Shown here: in pieces, positions 11,669-24,850 of the stretch
Layout: each line of letters begins with the position of its first letter
Numbering within the stretch: position 1 is the stretch's first letter
DNA from: Adineta vaga
Lineage: Eukaryota; Animalia; Rotifera
Reading direction: 5' to 3'
Length of the DNA stretch: 64,000 nt
Assembly (NCBI GenBank): GCA_021613535.1
Contig: CP075493.1
Location: forward strand, 1,116,001 to 1,180,000
Program-made: the position numbers and the translations under genes
The notes under the pieces: model-generated
Database searches by the model: none
What the model saw: only the letters and a program-made list of their open reading frames with translations
What the model was told of the DNA's origin: nothing

Positions 11669-12246
11669 CAAAGGTAAAGAAAAAAACTTACACAATTAGA
11701 TTTTATGACATAATGGACAAACTATTCTACTTTCTTTATCAAATAATTCTTTGTCGTACGTGTTTTCATTGTATATTTATATAATATGCGTGTTTCATGA
11801 GAAAGTTCGTATAGGTTATTTTGTAAACGGCTGTACGTATTGAGTTGTTCTACGGTACTTAACGATTTTTTGACATGCTCTTTCTTTTTTTTCTCCCTAA
11901 AACGTTTTCACCCTCACCCTCAGAAGATAGATTTCCAGAAAATCGTGATTTTTCACGGCATATGGTGTAAATCTGATATTCGGATTCAGCGTGAAAAATC
12001 AAGTCTTTTGCACAAAGTCCAACTGAATAGATGAAATTTCAATTTTCCCCAAATTCTTTTTTTTTCAAATTGCTCAATCGCCAACCAATAGAGAATTTTA
12101 AACTGAATAAACGCAAATGATATTTGTTAAATTGTAAATCAAGAAAATACAATACGAATATTTCAAACTTAATAAAAATCAATTTAGCAAGGGTATATGA
12201 AAAAAACTATATTATGCACAACAACAAACATTGATATACAATGCTT

Positions 12247-13218
12247 TCATGATCGTGTATTTGTCCCGGGTAATGTTGAAATGAAAGCTGTTACACGATG
12301 ATTTCGATGCAATAGTTCCCATTTTAATATAACTTGTTTAAATGTTAATCGAACTTCACTTGAACACATCATATAAAGATAACATTCAATAACATTATTT
12401 ATATAGAAACACATACGACTAATTTGTACAATAACATTATCTGTTGCTAACCATTGTGCGTCTTTTACCCAGTATGTTGTAATTGTGGAATAAGTCAATT
12501 GTAATGTATAAGGTACAAATGAGATTAATGTCACAAGAACTTGTGTTAGAATCATACGAAAAAATTGTCGTTGTAATTGAATTGTTCGACGATTATTTTG
12601 TAAACTAGTCACATTTTTATAACTATAATAGCCAAAGAAGATAAACAACATTAAAGGTATAAATAAAGTTAAACATGGAACGAATATATATGCATGATAA
12701 AATAAAAGCTGTGGAGAAGTCAAAACACATTGCCAAATATTTCTTGAAAACAAAACATCGCTCAAGAAGAGATACGGAGTAGTATGTAACATCCAGAAAA
12801 TGACAGTAATTAGTATAAGATAACGAGCTCGTTTAACACTATTCCACTGACGAATTGAAGCATGTCGTGATGTTGATGACCAAACATCAAAAATAATTAA
12901 ACATTTCAAATAAAGAGAGATTTGTGTTGATGATGTTCCAAAAAAATTACGTAAAATACAAACAAATCTATAATTGAATAAATAAGGCCAAGCAAAACCA
13001 TTAAGGATAACTTGAGCTGAAATAGTGAAACTTATTGCAATAATGTCGATAATTGATTGAACTAAAATATATTGACTAGACGAAATTTTTCGAAGTCCTC
13101 TACTAGAGAAAACTAATAGATTAATCAATGCGCCAAGAAATCCAAAAATGATAAAAGAAATTCCAAGAATAATAGTTAACCATTGAGAGATTGAGATGAG
13201 AACTTGTGGAGAAAGCAT
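12247..13218 (-). CDS. Intronless rhodopsin-like 7TM GPCR (putative chemoreceptor)
   Basis: 323 aa, seven hydrophobic helices, TM1 G..IN..VF, Cys at top of TM3, TM6 SFVPY, TM7 YLY. Confidence 0.85.
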   Translation of the reverse strand: MLSPQVLISISQWLTIILGISFIIFGFLGALINLLVFSSRGLRKISSSQYILVQSIIDIIAISFTISAQVILNGFAWPYLFNYRFVCILRNFFGTSSTQISLYLKCLIIFDVWSSTSRHASIRQWNSVKRARYLILITVIFWMLHTTPYLFLSDVLFSRNIWQCVLTSPQLLFYHAYIFVPCLTLFIPLMLFIFFGYYSYKNVTSLQNNRRTIQLQRQFFRMILTQVLVTLISFVPYTLQLTYSTITTYWVKDAQWLATDNVIVQISRMCFYINNVIECYLYMMCSSEVRLTFKQVILKWELLHRNHRVTAFISTLPGTNTRS

Positions 13219-14669
13219 TTCTATTTTAAATGAACTGAATATAAAATAAAAGAATATATAAGAAATGTTTTTCTTTTATACTTCGTATTTTCTAATATAA
13301 TTAATTAGTCGTAATGTAAGAACTAGGCTATTATTGACATTTTATATCCAAATATTAGCTTACATTAGGTGACATGAATCGGATTTATGAGAACTGGAAG
13401 AGAATCTTGTCATAAAGTAATAATTACAGGAGAAAAAATATGATGTTACTTTGAGATATGAAACAAACCCAAGGCATCTGGTTGGAAAGATTGTTGATGA
13501 CATTGAGTTTAATTACTATTCATATTCATATTAATCAAATAGAGTTCAAAATGACGAATATTTCTGCTTGGGATATGAAAAAAAAACAATCATTAACCGA
13601 GTTTATTATTTCAAATATAAAAAATATTCATTTTTATTATGCACAAAAAAGGTAATGTTGTGCTTTTATTGTAATAATTTAGAGTAAAACATAATTCTAT
13701 AATCTGTAGGAATTTTTCGGGATGTGACATACTCGAGGAAAAAGCAGGTTAAAATATTTCTAACGCTTCAAATAAAAAAAACTTAAAAAAATAAATGATT
13801 TATTGATGAATAGAATAGATTTTTCATCTAATTACATCTTTTACGCATTATTCAAGATATTATCGCACAGTTTATTTTACAGTTAAATTGATAAAACTAT
13901 TGACAAAAAGAAAAATAATCATTTACAAGAATAGATTTCAGTTAATCGATCATACAGTTTCGTACTTTCTAGGGCTACAAAACTATATGCATTACCACCA
14001 ACAACTAATATTTTTCCATAACATAAAATCGATACTGTAGAATATACTCGTTGGCTTTTTATATATTTAGTCGATATCCAGTTTCTTATGCTCGTATTGT
14101 ACAGTTCAAGAGTATTTAAGCATTCATATTTAGAATATCAATTCAAGTGATCATAATATTCAGGATATTGTGAAAACCATAGGATAAATTAATCTGATAA
14201 ACTTCTACAATAAATTAATTATGTTTAGACGAATAGTTTTGATATAATTTCTGAAGAGTAAAAGTGTTGATGTCGAGTTTATCTTTAATTATTTATCCTG
14301 AACTTTAGAAGAACATTTTGATGTCAATACTTTTGCACTTGATTATATTTTAAAAATGATTTTTTCTTTACTACAAAGCTCAAAGAATAAGATCAGTATA
14401 TATTTTAACGACTTGTTTATCAATTTTATTTGTTGCTAATATCATAACTGTGGAATAAAGAATCAAATGACCTTAAACACGTTTGGAACGAACGACTCCA
14501 ATCGAACGCCTTAAAATGTATTGAAAATGTGTTTATTCAATCGGAACACATTCACCTTGAGCCAGAATGATATATTTCATTCGTACGTTTTTATTCTGAC
14601 ATAGGTAAGATCTAAAATACTGAATTTCACAATCGATATCATAGATTTTACTACTTAATTCATCGTGTT

Positions 14670-16382
14670 ATGCATATATCAGTTTGCTGTAATCTTCTTC
14701 TCCTAATTGTGTTTATATTATCCATCACAAGTGTTATGAATTTATCACCATCAGCTGCATGTTTTCTTACTCAACGACCGTCAACTGAAACAATAGAATT
14801 TGCTTCTCAACTTAGTCAAACTATGCCATCTATCGATATATTCATTGCAATTGATGATGATAATATTTCGATTCCATCTTCTTCTTCTTCATCTATTCAA
14901 TTTATTCAAGTGAACGAAATCATTGCTATTGAAGATGGTTATCAACAATCTAGTGTATTTGGTTCAGAGAAAATTTGCTCAGTATGGGATAAAGCACTCT
15001 ATTATTTTGCAAGAATTTCAACCAACTATTCATTTGTTTGGTTTATAGAAGAAGATGTTTTCATACCGTCTTTTCAAGCATTTCGTTCTCTTCATGAGCT
15101 CTATTCTTCATCATACGATCTTGTTACTAGTGAACTTCATTATAACATACAAGGCGATATTCATAGCTGGTATCATTGGTATTTAGCACCCGAAAGATTT
15201 ATTATTCCATGGGCACATGGAATGGTTTGTGCTGTTGGTTGTAGTCGTTCCTTGCTCTCAGCGATTGATTATTATGCTCGATGGCGAGGTGAAGTAGCAT
15301 TTCTTGAATTTCTCTTTCATACTATTGCAATTCATAATAAACAGATGAAAATTGTCACACCATATGAATTAAATACTATAGCTTATCGACAAAAAATTTC
15401 ATTTGAACAAGTCAAAGCCAGACCAAATAATTGGTGGCATCCTTTAAAAAGCATACGAAAACGACAAAAATGGAGAAATAAGTAAAATCTATCTTTCATA
15501 TTTTCATTCAATACATATAGCTATTGTATATCTTCGTTTAGCTTAATGAACGATTCTTTGACAGAGAAGATGAATATGTTGAAGAAATTTTACTCTTCGC
15601 AAAAGAATATTACGAACAGTATCGATCTTAATTCAACTTCTACTTTGCAGACTTTGTTGGTTGATTTTGAAATTATAAAAGGTCAAATCAATTCATCGGA
15701 ACGGTGTCAACTTCGTGATGAATTTTTTCAATTAGCTGTGAATCAATCAAATGAAGTATCATTCCTACTCAAACATCTTGCTGATCATGCATTCAAATTA
15801 CCTGAACGTAATTCTCTTCATTCTATATGATCGATCAACTTATTCCTTCGTTTGCTTTTTGCATAGTACATGTCGATACAATTCAAAACGAAGAGAAAAC
15901 GAAAGATTATATTGCATTTGAGAAAGATATCATCAGCAATAAAGAAATGATTTTTCAATTGACCAAAAACAATGATACTCTAACTAACGATCAAATGATA
16001 AAACTAGTTGAATTACGTGAAGAAACAAAAAGACTAATTAAAGATCTAGTACATGAAATTCAATGTGAACGACAATACATAGAATGTGAACGAACAAACG
16101 AGTGTAAGGATCTATTTCACAAAGTATATTTTACTTTGTATTTTACATTTAGGGTTTCGATTCAATCACAAAATTATGAAATCTTTTCAAATCAATTCTC
16201 AATATCAATTATTTGTGTTATGTTTAATTTGTTTAATTCGATTGTTGACCTTGAAAAAAACGAGAAAAATATTTTTTCTAATGAAATATGGTTTGAAATT
16301 TATCTTGGCAATTTTTAGTTTTTCGTGCATGAGATTCATTGTAAAGAACCAAAATAAACGAAAAAGAAGTACATATGCATAA
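14670..16382 (+). CDS. Signal-anchored glycosyltransferase-like protein with helical C-terminal extension (3' end uncertain)
   Basis: WDKALYYF, FVWFIEEDVF (DxD-like), FLEFLFHT and WHP.K motifs in exon 1; short GT-AG introns join ORFs 15546 and 15827. Confidence 0.6.
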
Positions 16383-17055
16383 GGACGAAACGAATTACAC
16401 GACTTTGTTTTCTTCCTTTCTCTTCTAATGTTGACTAGAACAACTAATTTCTCTATTCAATGACTAAACAGAAAACGAAAAAAAGTATGTTTCGAATTTC
16501 GTCAACGAAACTGGTAGTTGATCAAGATATGGATCGTTCGATAGCATGTATTGTCATGTTAGGATATCGTATGAGTAAGTTGTTTCCATCTGAATCACAC
16601 GGTATTCAACAATTAATTGGTTAAAATCGAAAAATGAGATGTGGAGTATAAATAGAGCTCGTCAAGTTTGACCTAAAATCAGTAGAATCAGAGTTGGAGC
16701 ATATACTCATACAAGCCAGTCTTGGAAAAAGTCAGATTCAATGCTATTATGGTGATAACGAAAAGCAAGCTAATAAATAAATTTTAGAACAAAAAACCTG
16801 ATATTTAGATTCAGCATAGTTGATTGCCTATGTTCGACTATATTTCAACTAGAAATCGATGTTTAAGTTGATGACTTTCGTTTGCAAGTAATAAAGGAAT
16901 GATATAATGTTTATTTGCATATGATTACTTCATAAAAATCCCCCCAAAAATTGCCATTACATCATTCTTTCGCCGAAACGACGACAGATTTTTGTTTCAA
17001 ATGAATGGTATGTAAACCAGTACCAATATTGATCTTTCCCATAACTTCAAAATAA

Positions 17056-17446
17056 CTAGACGGTACGAGATTTTGTACATAAACTAAGACTCCACCAGAA
17101 GAATTTTTTACCTTCCTGAAATTGATGACTGATATCCAGTTTTACTTCTCGCCAGACAACGCATCTGATCGATGGTAATTTCCGAAGAGCTTGATTAAAA
17201 AGGGCATATATCGACTCCATTGTGTAAAGATAAATAGAAATCGATTTATCCGGTGTTAAATCATTTTTCGGATTTGTACATGCTGTTGTAGCAGTCCAGA
17301 CATCAGCGGATGAAAAATCAATAAGACCTGCAATTGGTTTGACAGCATCTTTGAGTGAAACAAGTTGAAATTTTTCATATCCTCGAATAGCAGAAAGAAA
17401 ATCGTTGATTTGGTATTTTCGCGCCGTTTTCTACTTTCTCTGCCAT
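17056..17446 (-). pseudogene. Internally deleted, truncated ADP-ribosyltransferase pseudogene
   Basis: Manual translation MAEKVENGAKIPNQRFS / IRGYEKFQLVSLKDAVKPI...LTPDKSISIYLYTMES.YALFNQALRKLP...VWREVKLD...FFWWSLSLCT*; frameshifted and lacks the catalytic ExE. Confidence 0.75.
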
Positions 17447-17582
17447 TTGAAAATGATATATTTGTCTATTTGAGCAAATATACTTCTCTTCTTAAAAACG
17501 GAGAGCAAGAAACCTGATCTCTTTTTTTTTTGATAATACAAGGAAAGAAATTTTTTATTATATGAGATATATAAAAATACGA

Positions 17583-20500
17583 TTATCGAAGTCTATTTGA
17601 AATACGTTGAATTTCTTGTTGAACTGCTGCAATAAATGGATGTGTTGGTGATAATGTTGCATTGAAGATATCCGATGCTTTTTGAAAATTAGTTAATGCT
17701 TGTTGAAAATTATTTTGTCCATTATAAAGAAGACCAAGATTATAGTATAACATCGCTAAATCCGAATGTGTACTTGGTAAAGTTTTTTGATAAATTTTCA
17801 ATGCTTTATTATAATATTCTAATGCTTGATCAGGATAATTCAAACATAAATAAATTCCCGCAATACAATGTAAACTTGCACCTATATCTGAATGATCTTG
17901 AGGAAGATGTTTTTGTCGAATCATTAATGATTTTTGATGATATTCAAATGCTTGTTGAAATTTTCGTTCTTCTTGATAAATATTTCCAATATTATGATAA
18001 CACATGGCAACTAATAAATGATCTTCTCCAAATACTTTCTTTCGAATATTTAATGCTTTTGTAAATGATTCTAATGCATCTGTACGATTTCCTTTACGTA
18101 ATTGAACTTCACCAATACTATTATAAGTACGTGCAATGATTGGATCATCAGATTTCAATGTATGATTGTAAATGTCCAGTGCTTTATTAAACCATTGAAG
18201 ACTTTCATCATAATTTCCTTGATGATTTTTCATCATACCAAGATTATGATAACAAGCAGCTAAATCTTCATGATCATTTGGTAATTCCTTCAGTAAACGA
18301 TGATAATATTTTTCTGCTTTATCATAGTGTCCCATTTTAAAAAGAAGAACACCAAATGAAAATAGACTTGATCCTTGTTCACCTTCTCCATATTCATTCT
18401 TTATATAATCATAAATTGGTTTTAAATCATTATCATCATCACTACATAATGTCAATTGAACAACCCAAACTCGATCTTTATGTTCAATATTAACCAATCG
18501 AAAGATTGATCCTAACATAACTAAAACTTCTTGTTCATCTGTAAAAAAACTGAGTGATGTGATATTGGCAAATGGTTTTATATTCGATAGATTTGGATCG
18601 AGATCGATTTCGAAGAGAATTCGTTGAAGATCTGTTGATGCTGTTGAACTATAAAGAAATGAAAGTGCTGATCGTCGATCAACACTTGTTGAAAGGAAAG
18701 AATTCATTGAAATAAATTGTCCAATTGAATTTTTTAATGCTTGTAATTCATCATTAGATATAACTTGACCACGATAAACACGAATTGGTAATGGCGATTG
18801 TATTTCTTTTAATTGTTTTTCAAGATCACGAATAAAGAAACGAAAAAGAAATAAGAAATCAATATCCTGTGTTCGTAATGCTTTATTTAATAATCGATAG
18901 AGAAATGATTCTCTTGTATACCACCATAATGCTCGATCAGGAATATAATCTCGTTCAAATTCTTTTACAATTGTTAATTCAGTTGGATTATCTTTATAAT
19001 AATTTCGACATAAATCAATGAATTGATTTTTATCTGTAGATTTCGAAATCATATTGATAAGACAATCGATTAATAATTGACAATAAACAAATTGACCATT
19101 TAATGATGATGTTGATTGTTCTCGATTTCCATTCGATGCATTAAAAATATTGATCGAAAGATTTTCATCAACTTTATCACGAACTCGTCTTGATTGATCC
19201 AAAAGAATTTTATCGACCAGGATATTTAATTCTTTAGTTACTTCTTTAATCTAATAGGATTGTATATAGAATATGATATGTTTATTTTTAAATTGAGACT
19301 ACTAAGTTTATTTCAGAATTTTTTATAGTTCTCATTTCTGTCTTTAGTGGAGGTTCATTTCTTTTTCATGAAAAGTGTTTTGGTTATTTTGTGGGTCGAG
19401 GTTTCGCTTTTCTCACATTATATTTCTTTCTATAATGAACCTTCTCATGATAATCTCCAGTATATACTTGATTCATCTTCTTCAAGTTAATATTAGATTC
19501 ATACAACTATTATTGACATTTTGTCAGAAACTATTATGATCACTGTCATCCAATTGATTAAAAAAACGAGTTTAAAATAGCTCTAATAATAGTTATTGAT
19601 GACTTAAGTATAAGTTTACATTTTGCTATTAGATCGAATAATTCAAATCTATTTTGAACCTTTTCTAAGAGTCAATAAATCAGGTTCATGTTCTCAACAA
19701 TTTCTTTTCTATTCGCGGAAAAACTTTATAATAACAATATGGATAATACTCAACTTTGCTGATAAGATATTTGCTAGGCAATGTCATTATTGACTTTTTA
19801 TTATTAATATTCTATAGAGTTTTGTTTATTTTAATTAGCTTGGAAGTATTTTCTCCAGAAAATATAAAATGTGACATTATCTCAATTCATTTAATAAAAA
19901 TATCCGGACATATTGATAGTTTCATTATCAATCAAATTTTGTCGTATATATCATTGTTCTTCTCTTTCTAAGCGATAGGAAATAGAATAGGCGTGTACAC
20001 TCACAGATAGAACAGATCGAAAAGAACTCAAAGTTCACATGAAATTCGAATAGATTTATCAAAAGATAGATAAAGAAAACATGGATAAAGCGAAAGATCT
20101 TTCATATAAATACCATTAAGTTTAGACTTTCTTTAACAAGTCATAATTATCATATATCGCCTGAATCTTTCCTACGTTTTCGGAAGACAGCATTGTTCTT
20201 CTGGCATTTACAATATAACCGGTAAATCAAAATCTCAAACCAATCAAAACTGAATAAAACTGCAGTAAGACCTATCTATAATAGACACCATCGGAACTTC
20301 TCAAAAATGTCCACTGTAGAGAGGTGAGGTCCTCCATAAGGAAAAACTTTGGTGAACGAAGTAAATGCGTTTTCTGGACATCAGAAGATTGTTAACAAAT
20401 ACGACAGAACATTTCCATTTATCCTTACTTCCCCTTATATTAATTTTCGCTCTTGAAAGACAAATGGTTTGTTAAAAGCAGTCAAATCTGTCTCATAGAC

Positions 20501-22673
20501 ATTATTAAAATTATCAAAAATTGTCATCGTGTAGAATTATATAGCAGTATCCACTATCGAGAGGTTCATTTACAGCAAAAAATACCATTTTGGACTTTCA
20601 AAACTGTCCACTATACGGAGGTGTCCAGTGTAGAGAGTGTTCACTATATGGGAATGTCCACTATAGAGGGGTGCCCACTATTAGAGTTTTTACTGTATAT
20701 GGAAACAATACAAAAATTTAGATATCATGAGAGGTAGTAACGGTGGCGGCGGTTGAAAAATACTAAAATTCTTCCCCCCTATGGCGGCGGCGGTTCAGCC
20801 GCACGGCTTACACCTCTACTCACAGAAACAGTAGATAATGTTAGTCCGTCTAGTCGTTTGACTTTGTTTTCTTCGTTTTGCTCGTCAACTTGGCATGATA
20901 TATCTATATCTATATATAAACGTACACTTCTTCGTTCATTATAAACAAATCCTTATTCTTTTTCTTCGAATCATCGAGTATGTGCAGACAAAAAGACATA
21001 GATGTAAATTTTATTTCAATCTTGTTTTTTTAAATTTTAGTTATCAAGTTGATTAAGTAGTTCATGTTCTTTCATATTATTAACGGCGCCGAAAACTTCC
21101 GAGTAAATCCTGTGAAATTAAGCAATCCTAAGGATTTAACATAAGATTTTTAATCCTCCAGGAAAAGGATTGAGGTAGTGCAAAATGCTCTTAGAAAACA
21201 ACTTGTGGGTTGGTTTTAAAATCCAACTCTAATTCTCTGGAAAATTCATAGCACAATACGGCGAATGCATTAAGTTGGAGAACGAGAATGCAAATAGGAC
21301 TGTATGTTTTTTTTCAATAATGGTGGCCGAAGGAAAGAAAAAGAATTATTGGAATGGTGCGGAAAATTGCGATTCCGAATGGTGGGAAAATCTATTCGGG
21401 ATCTGCTAGTTTCCTCTCGGTTTCCGATTTTTCGGTCATAGGCGGAAATTTAAGGTTTTTTCCGCATTGTTACGATATTTTTTGTGAGGATCTGATCAGA
21501 AACGAACGGATTCCGTCCGATGAATTCCGATCTGGAACACTGCTTCCATGAAATCCCCGGAAGGTGCTGGAACTGGTCGGTTCCGGGCCGGATTGTTCGA
21601 CCTGGGTTATACAATAACGTAATATCACTTTTACATTCTAGACAAGTCCAGCAGGATCTGTTTTAGTAAATGAAGCTGAAGCTGAAATCTTAGTCCTACA
21701 ACAACAATTACAAACAAAGAACAATAAATTGCTCGAATATGAAAAAAAGATTGATTTATATCGGAATGAATTATTACTTGTGAAAGAAAAATTAGCTACA
21801 AAAGAAAAGGGCAATATTGATTTACAAAAACAGATCGATAAATTTATAGAAGAAATACGATTTCAAGAAGCAAAATTATTGATGTTACAACAACAAGTTC
21901 TCAACGATGACGACAAATTTGATGCTTTAATAAATAGAATTGCTAGCTTACAAAACGACAATACAACATTAAAAACGCGACTGGTCGGTATCCTGTATTT
22001 CTTTGATGGAATAATGGTTTGCTTAATGGTAATCTGTGTGATATTGATCTTCTTTAAATGAAAAGAAATCATCTTATATCTGTTAAATTAGTTCATTTCA
22101 ATTCAAGTAAATTTCTTTTTTCTTTGTCTAAATTAATCTGAAAATTTATTACTTAATATTTGAATTGAAATAAAACTTTATTTATGTTCACATTATTTAC
22201 ATCATTTATTGATTGTTTAGAAACGACTAAAATATTGTCATAATGACTAATTTCAACACGTTAATTGCTACTCTATGTTTTTTCTATTTCCTGAATTTAG
22301 TGCGAGTAATTCAAAGTTCATTGATAATATGTATATGATTGTTTATAAAGAATAAACATACCTTATTGAATTCTGTTGTCCAATCATTCGTTTCTGAATT
22401 GTAAATATAAATTGAAAAGATTTGTGGTAAAGAATGAATTCGTGAGATAATATCATGACTAAATTGATCATCAGTTAATAAAATAATTCGATCTTCTTTT
22501 GGTACTGATCGAATATATGTTTCAGTTTGATCGATATCATCAAATATTTTGAGATGATTGATGACTTGACGAAGTCGCTTTTCATTATCAGAATAATCTG
22601 ATTTTGTACCATTAAGCCATACTAAAGAATAACTTTCGAGATTATTATCATGTTTTTCAGTTGTGGATGTCAT
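17583..22673 (-). CDS. ADP-ribosyltransferase (R-S-E class) plus TPR protein, 2 exons (22673-22362, 19250-17583), ~659 aa
   Basis: WWYT..SFLYRLLNKALR, VYRGQ, FLSTS, DEQEVL, then about six TPRs; phase-0 GT-AG intron 22361-19251 joins the N-terminal SLVWL...LRQVINHLKIF...IYIY domain in frame. Confidence 0.85.
20263..20695. mobile_element. Tc1/mariner (pogo/Tigger-like) MITE inside the ART intron
   Basis: CAGT...ACTG termini with imperfect TIRs, TA at 3' flank, repeated tgtccactatagagg-like subterminal motifs. Confidence 0.7.
20730..20818. mobile_element. Small GC-rich MITE
   Basis: agaggt..taa / ttacacctct imperfect TIR with internal ggcggcgg repeats. Confidence 0.55.
21531..21606. repeat. 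Dispersed repeat terminus (CCTGGG end), inverted copy at 45627-45702
   Basis: Reverse complement cccaggtcgaacaatccggcccggaaccgaccagttcc...gatttcatggaagcagt aligns with 45627 ccctggtcaaacaatccagtctggaaccgtccagttcc...gatttcatagaagcagt. Confidence 0.8.
21642..22061 (+). CDS. Terminal exon of a coiled-coil, tail-anchored protein nested antisense in the ART intron
   Basis: AG acceptor at 21640-21641, open heptad-rich frame ending in a hydrophobic helix; start exon not resolved. Confidence 0.5.
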   Translation, partial: TSPAGSVLVNEAEAEILVLQQQLQTKNNKLLEYEKKIDLYRNELLLVKEKLATKEKGNIDLQKQIDKFIEEIRFQEAKLLMLQQQVLNDDDKFDALINRIASLQNDNTTLKTRLVGILYFFDGIMVCLMVICVILIFFK

Positions 22674-22810
22674 TTTAAACGTTGTATTTCTGTTAACTAT
22701 TGCAATAACAATATTTGAAAAGAAAATAACGTTATGAAAGTAGGTTACCGTTGTGTGAAAGTTTGACAGAAGAGAAAAAAAGAATTTCTTTTTTTTCATT
22801 CTTTTCTTTT

Positions 22811-22823
22811 GTTTCTAAGCAAC
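22811..22823. promoter_or_regulatory. RFX X-box-like palindrome
   Basis: GTTTCTAAGCAAC about 140 bp upstream of the ART-TPR ATG. Confidence 0.3.
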
Positions 22824-23021
22824 ATCTTACGTTAGTGCAAAAGACGATATTCAAAAATGGCGAAAAAGTAACGGAATCAAACTAAATCTAATCGATAATA
22901 CTAAGCAATGATAATAAAACTGTATCTCAATTGTTAATTTAATCATTTATTCTTGTGTAGCAAATCAAATTGATAAGCATCAAAACTAGACCGTCTTATA
23001 ATGAAAATTAAAATGTAACGG

Positions 23022-24411
23022 TCAATAAGAGTACAGTTCAGCAGTACCTGCTTCCATTTCCCAATCTTTGTCACCTGTAACTAATACAGTACCATCTAGT
23101 AACACGGATGTTCTAGGTGAAACTCTGTCAAATTCCATATCGTCAGTCTGAGACCACATTTCAGTTAATGGATCGTATAATTCTGCATTTTCGAGATCTG
23201 TATTACGTACGCTTCCACCAACAACTAATACTTTTCCATTAGGAAGTAAAGCTGCACCATGTATTGCTCTTTCATTATCCATTTGACCAGTTATCGACCA
23301 ATTCCCAGTTGTTGGATCATATAATTCAGCAATTCGATAGTAATTAGTAGTTGATCTACCCGTAACCAACACTCTTCCATCTGCTAATAACGATACTTGA
23401 TGATCAAATGCTCGTCCATCGTTCATATCACTAGTGAGTGTCCATGTACCAGTTAGTGGATCATATAATTCACGTGTTTTGCTGATATTACTAAATAACG
23501 AAAACTTTTGTAAAAAAAAACAGGATTATTGATCAGAAAAAGAATTGCGTACGCATCAGGTTCACGAAAAAGTATTTGTTCTGGATTTCCACCAATTACT
23601 AACACCTTTCCATTTTTCAATACGACTGCAACATGATGACACCTTGGATAGTTCAAACTACTTGCATTCGTCCAAATTTCAGTTACTGGATCAAATAATT
23701 CAACACTATTGAGGCAATTATAACTATAAAAGGAACTCCACCAGTAACTAACACTCTTACATCGAGTAAAACAGATGCTGTGTGAGAGGCTCTTACATTA
23801 TTCATTGGATTCGTCAATGTCCAAACTTTTGTGGATGGATTGTACAATTCTGCACTATTTAAAAATTCATATCGAGCACGTCCACCAGCAACGAGTACAC
23901 TTCCGTCGTATAATACAGATGCTGTATGCTCGTATCGTATCGTAAACAAGTTCTTTGTACGTGACCAATCTAGACACACAATCAACTCATTTTTACAAAA
24001 TAATTATTGAAAGGATAAGTCGATATATGAATCATTCACATATACATCAACTCAAGATGAAAAAAAAGACAGGTCTTACGTGACTTTTTAACAGTCGTTG
24101 TAGTAGTAACTGTTGTTGTTGTTGTTGTTGTCACTAAATTGCAAAATTCATTGTATGAATTATTTAAAACTATTTTCTTTACTCGTTATTTTTGGTGGAC
24201 ATATTTGTTGATTCGTCATTGACAATGGATAACATACGGGATGATCATGACAACGAGGATGTTGAATACAGATCGTATCGTTTCGATCACAAGTATTATT
24301 GATTGAACATCGAGCATATTGAGGTATTGTTTCACATGTTTCAGATATCACTTCAATTGTTAAAAAACAACTTATAAAGGAAAAAATGAAATAATAGATT
24401 GTGTTTCTCAT
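23022..24411 (-). CDS. Secreted kelch beta-propeller protein with Cys-rich N-terminus and poly-Thr linker; one apparent frameshift (~23740)
   Basis: Signal peptide, CIQHPRC...CYP...ICPP module, six repeats of the type R..HTASVL.DG.VLV.GG...AELY.P.T..W. Confidence 0.8.
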
Positions 24412-24850
24412 CAACGATTGTTATTGAATTAACGGAATATTGAAAATGATTCTCTTCGTTATATCTCATACCTAGATTATATTTAAAGCCGTATATAATT
24501 AAATAGTAAATAATTGATATATGACCAATAAAATAAGAAGAACATACATGACAACAGAGAACGTTTTTAAAAACAATCGTCATAGATAACAAACTTATCT
24601 CTATAGTTATAATTGGTCAACGTTGATAGTTTAAAAGAAAACAATTGAATTGAATGTACAAGTCATACATAATTCGTATTTTCTTAGTTTATTTCAACAG
24701 TCTTCTACTAGTCTAAATCTGCCGTAAAAAAAGCGAATTTCTCGTGAAAGAAATTCTAATTTCTAAAATTCATATTACAAAAAGAAAGCAAGATCAATAC
24801 AAAATATATAATAAAAGTCATTTCGTTTAAATATAATCGATAGAAGTTGA

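Noticed and set aside
11815-12090. Probable transposon remnant (tattcggattcagc motif, similar at ~16800)
   Set aside because: Termini and family could not be defined
17696-18064. 122-aa plus-strand ORF
   Set aside because: Antisense shadow of the TPR region
20600-20695. Short repeated motifs that could suggest a CRISPR array
   Set aside because: Degenerate subterminal MITE repeats without unique spacers, in a eukaryotic context
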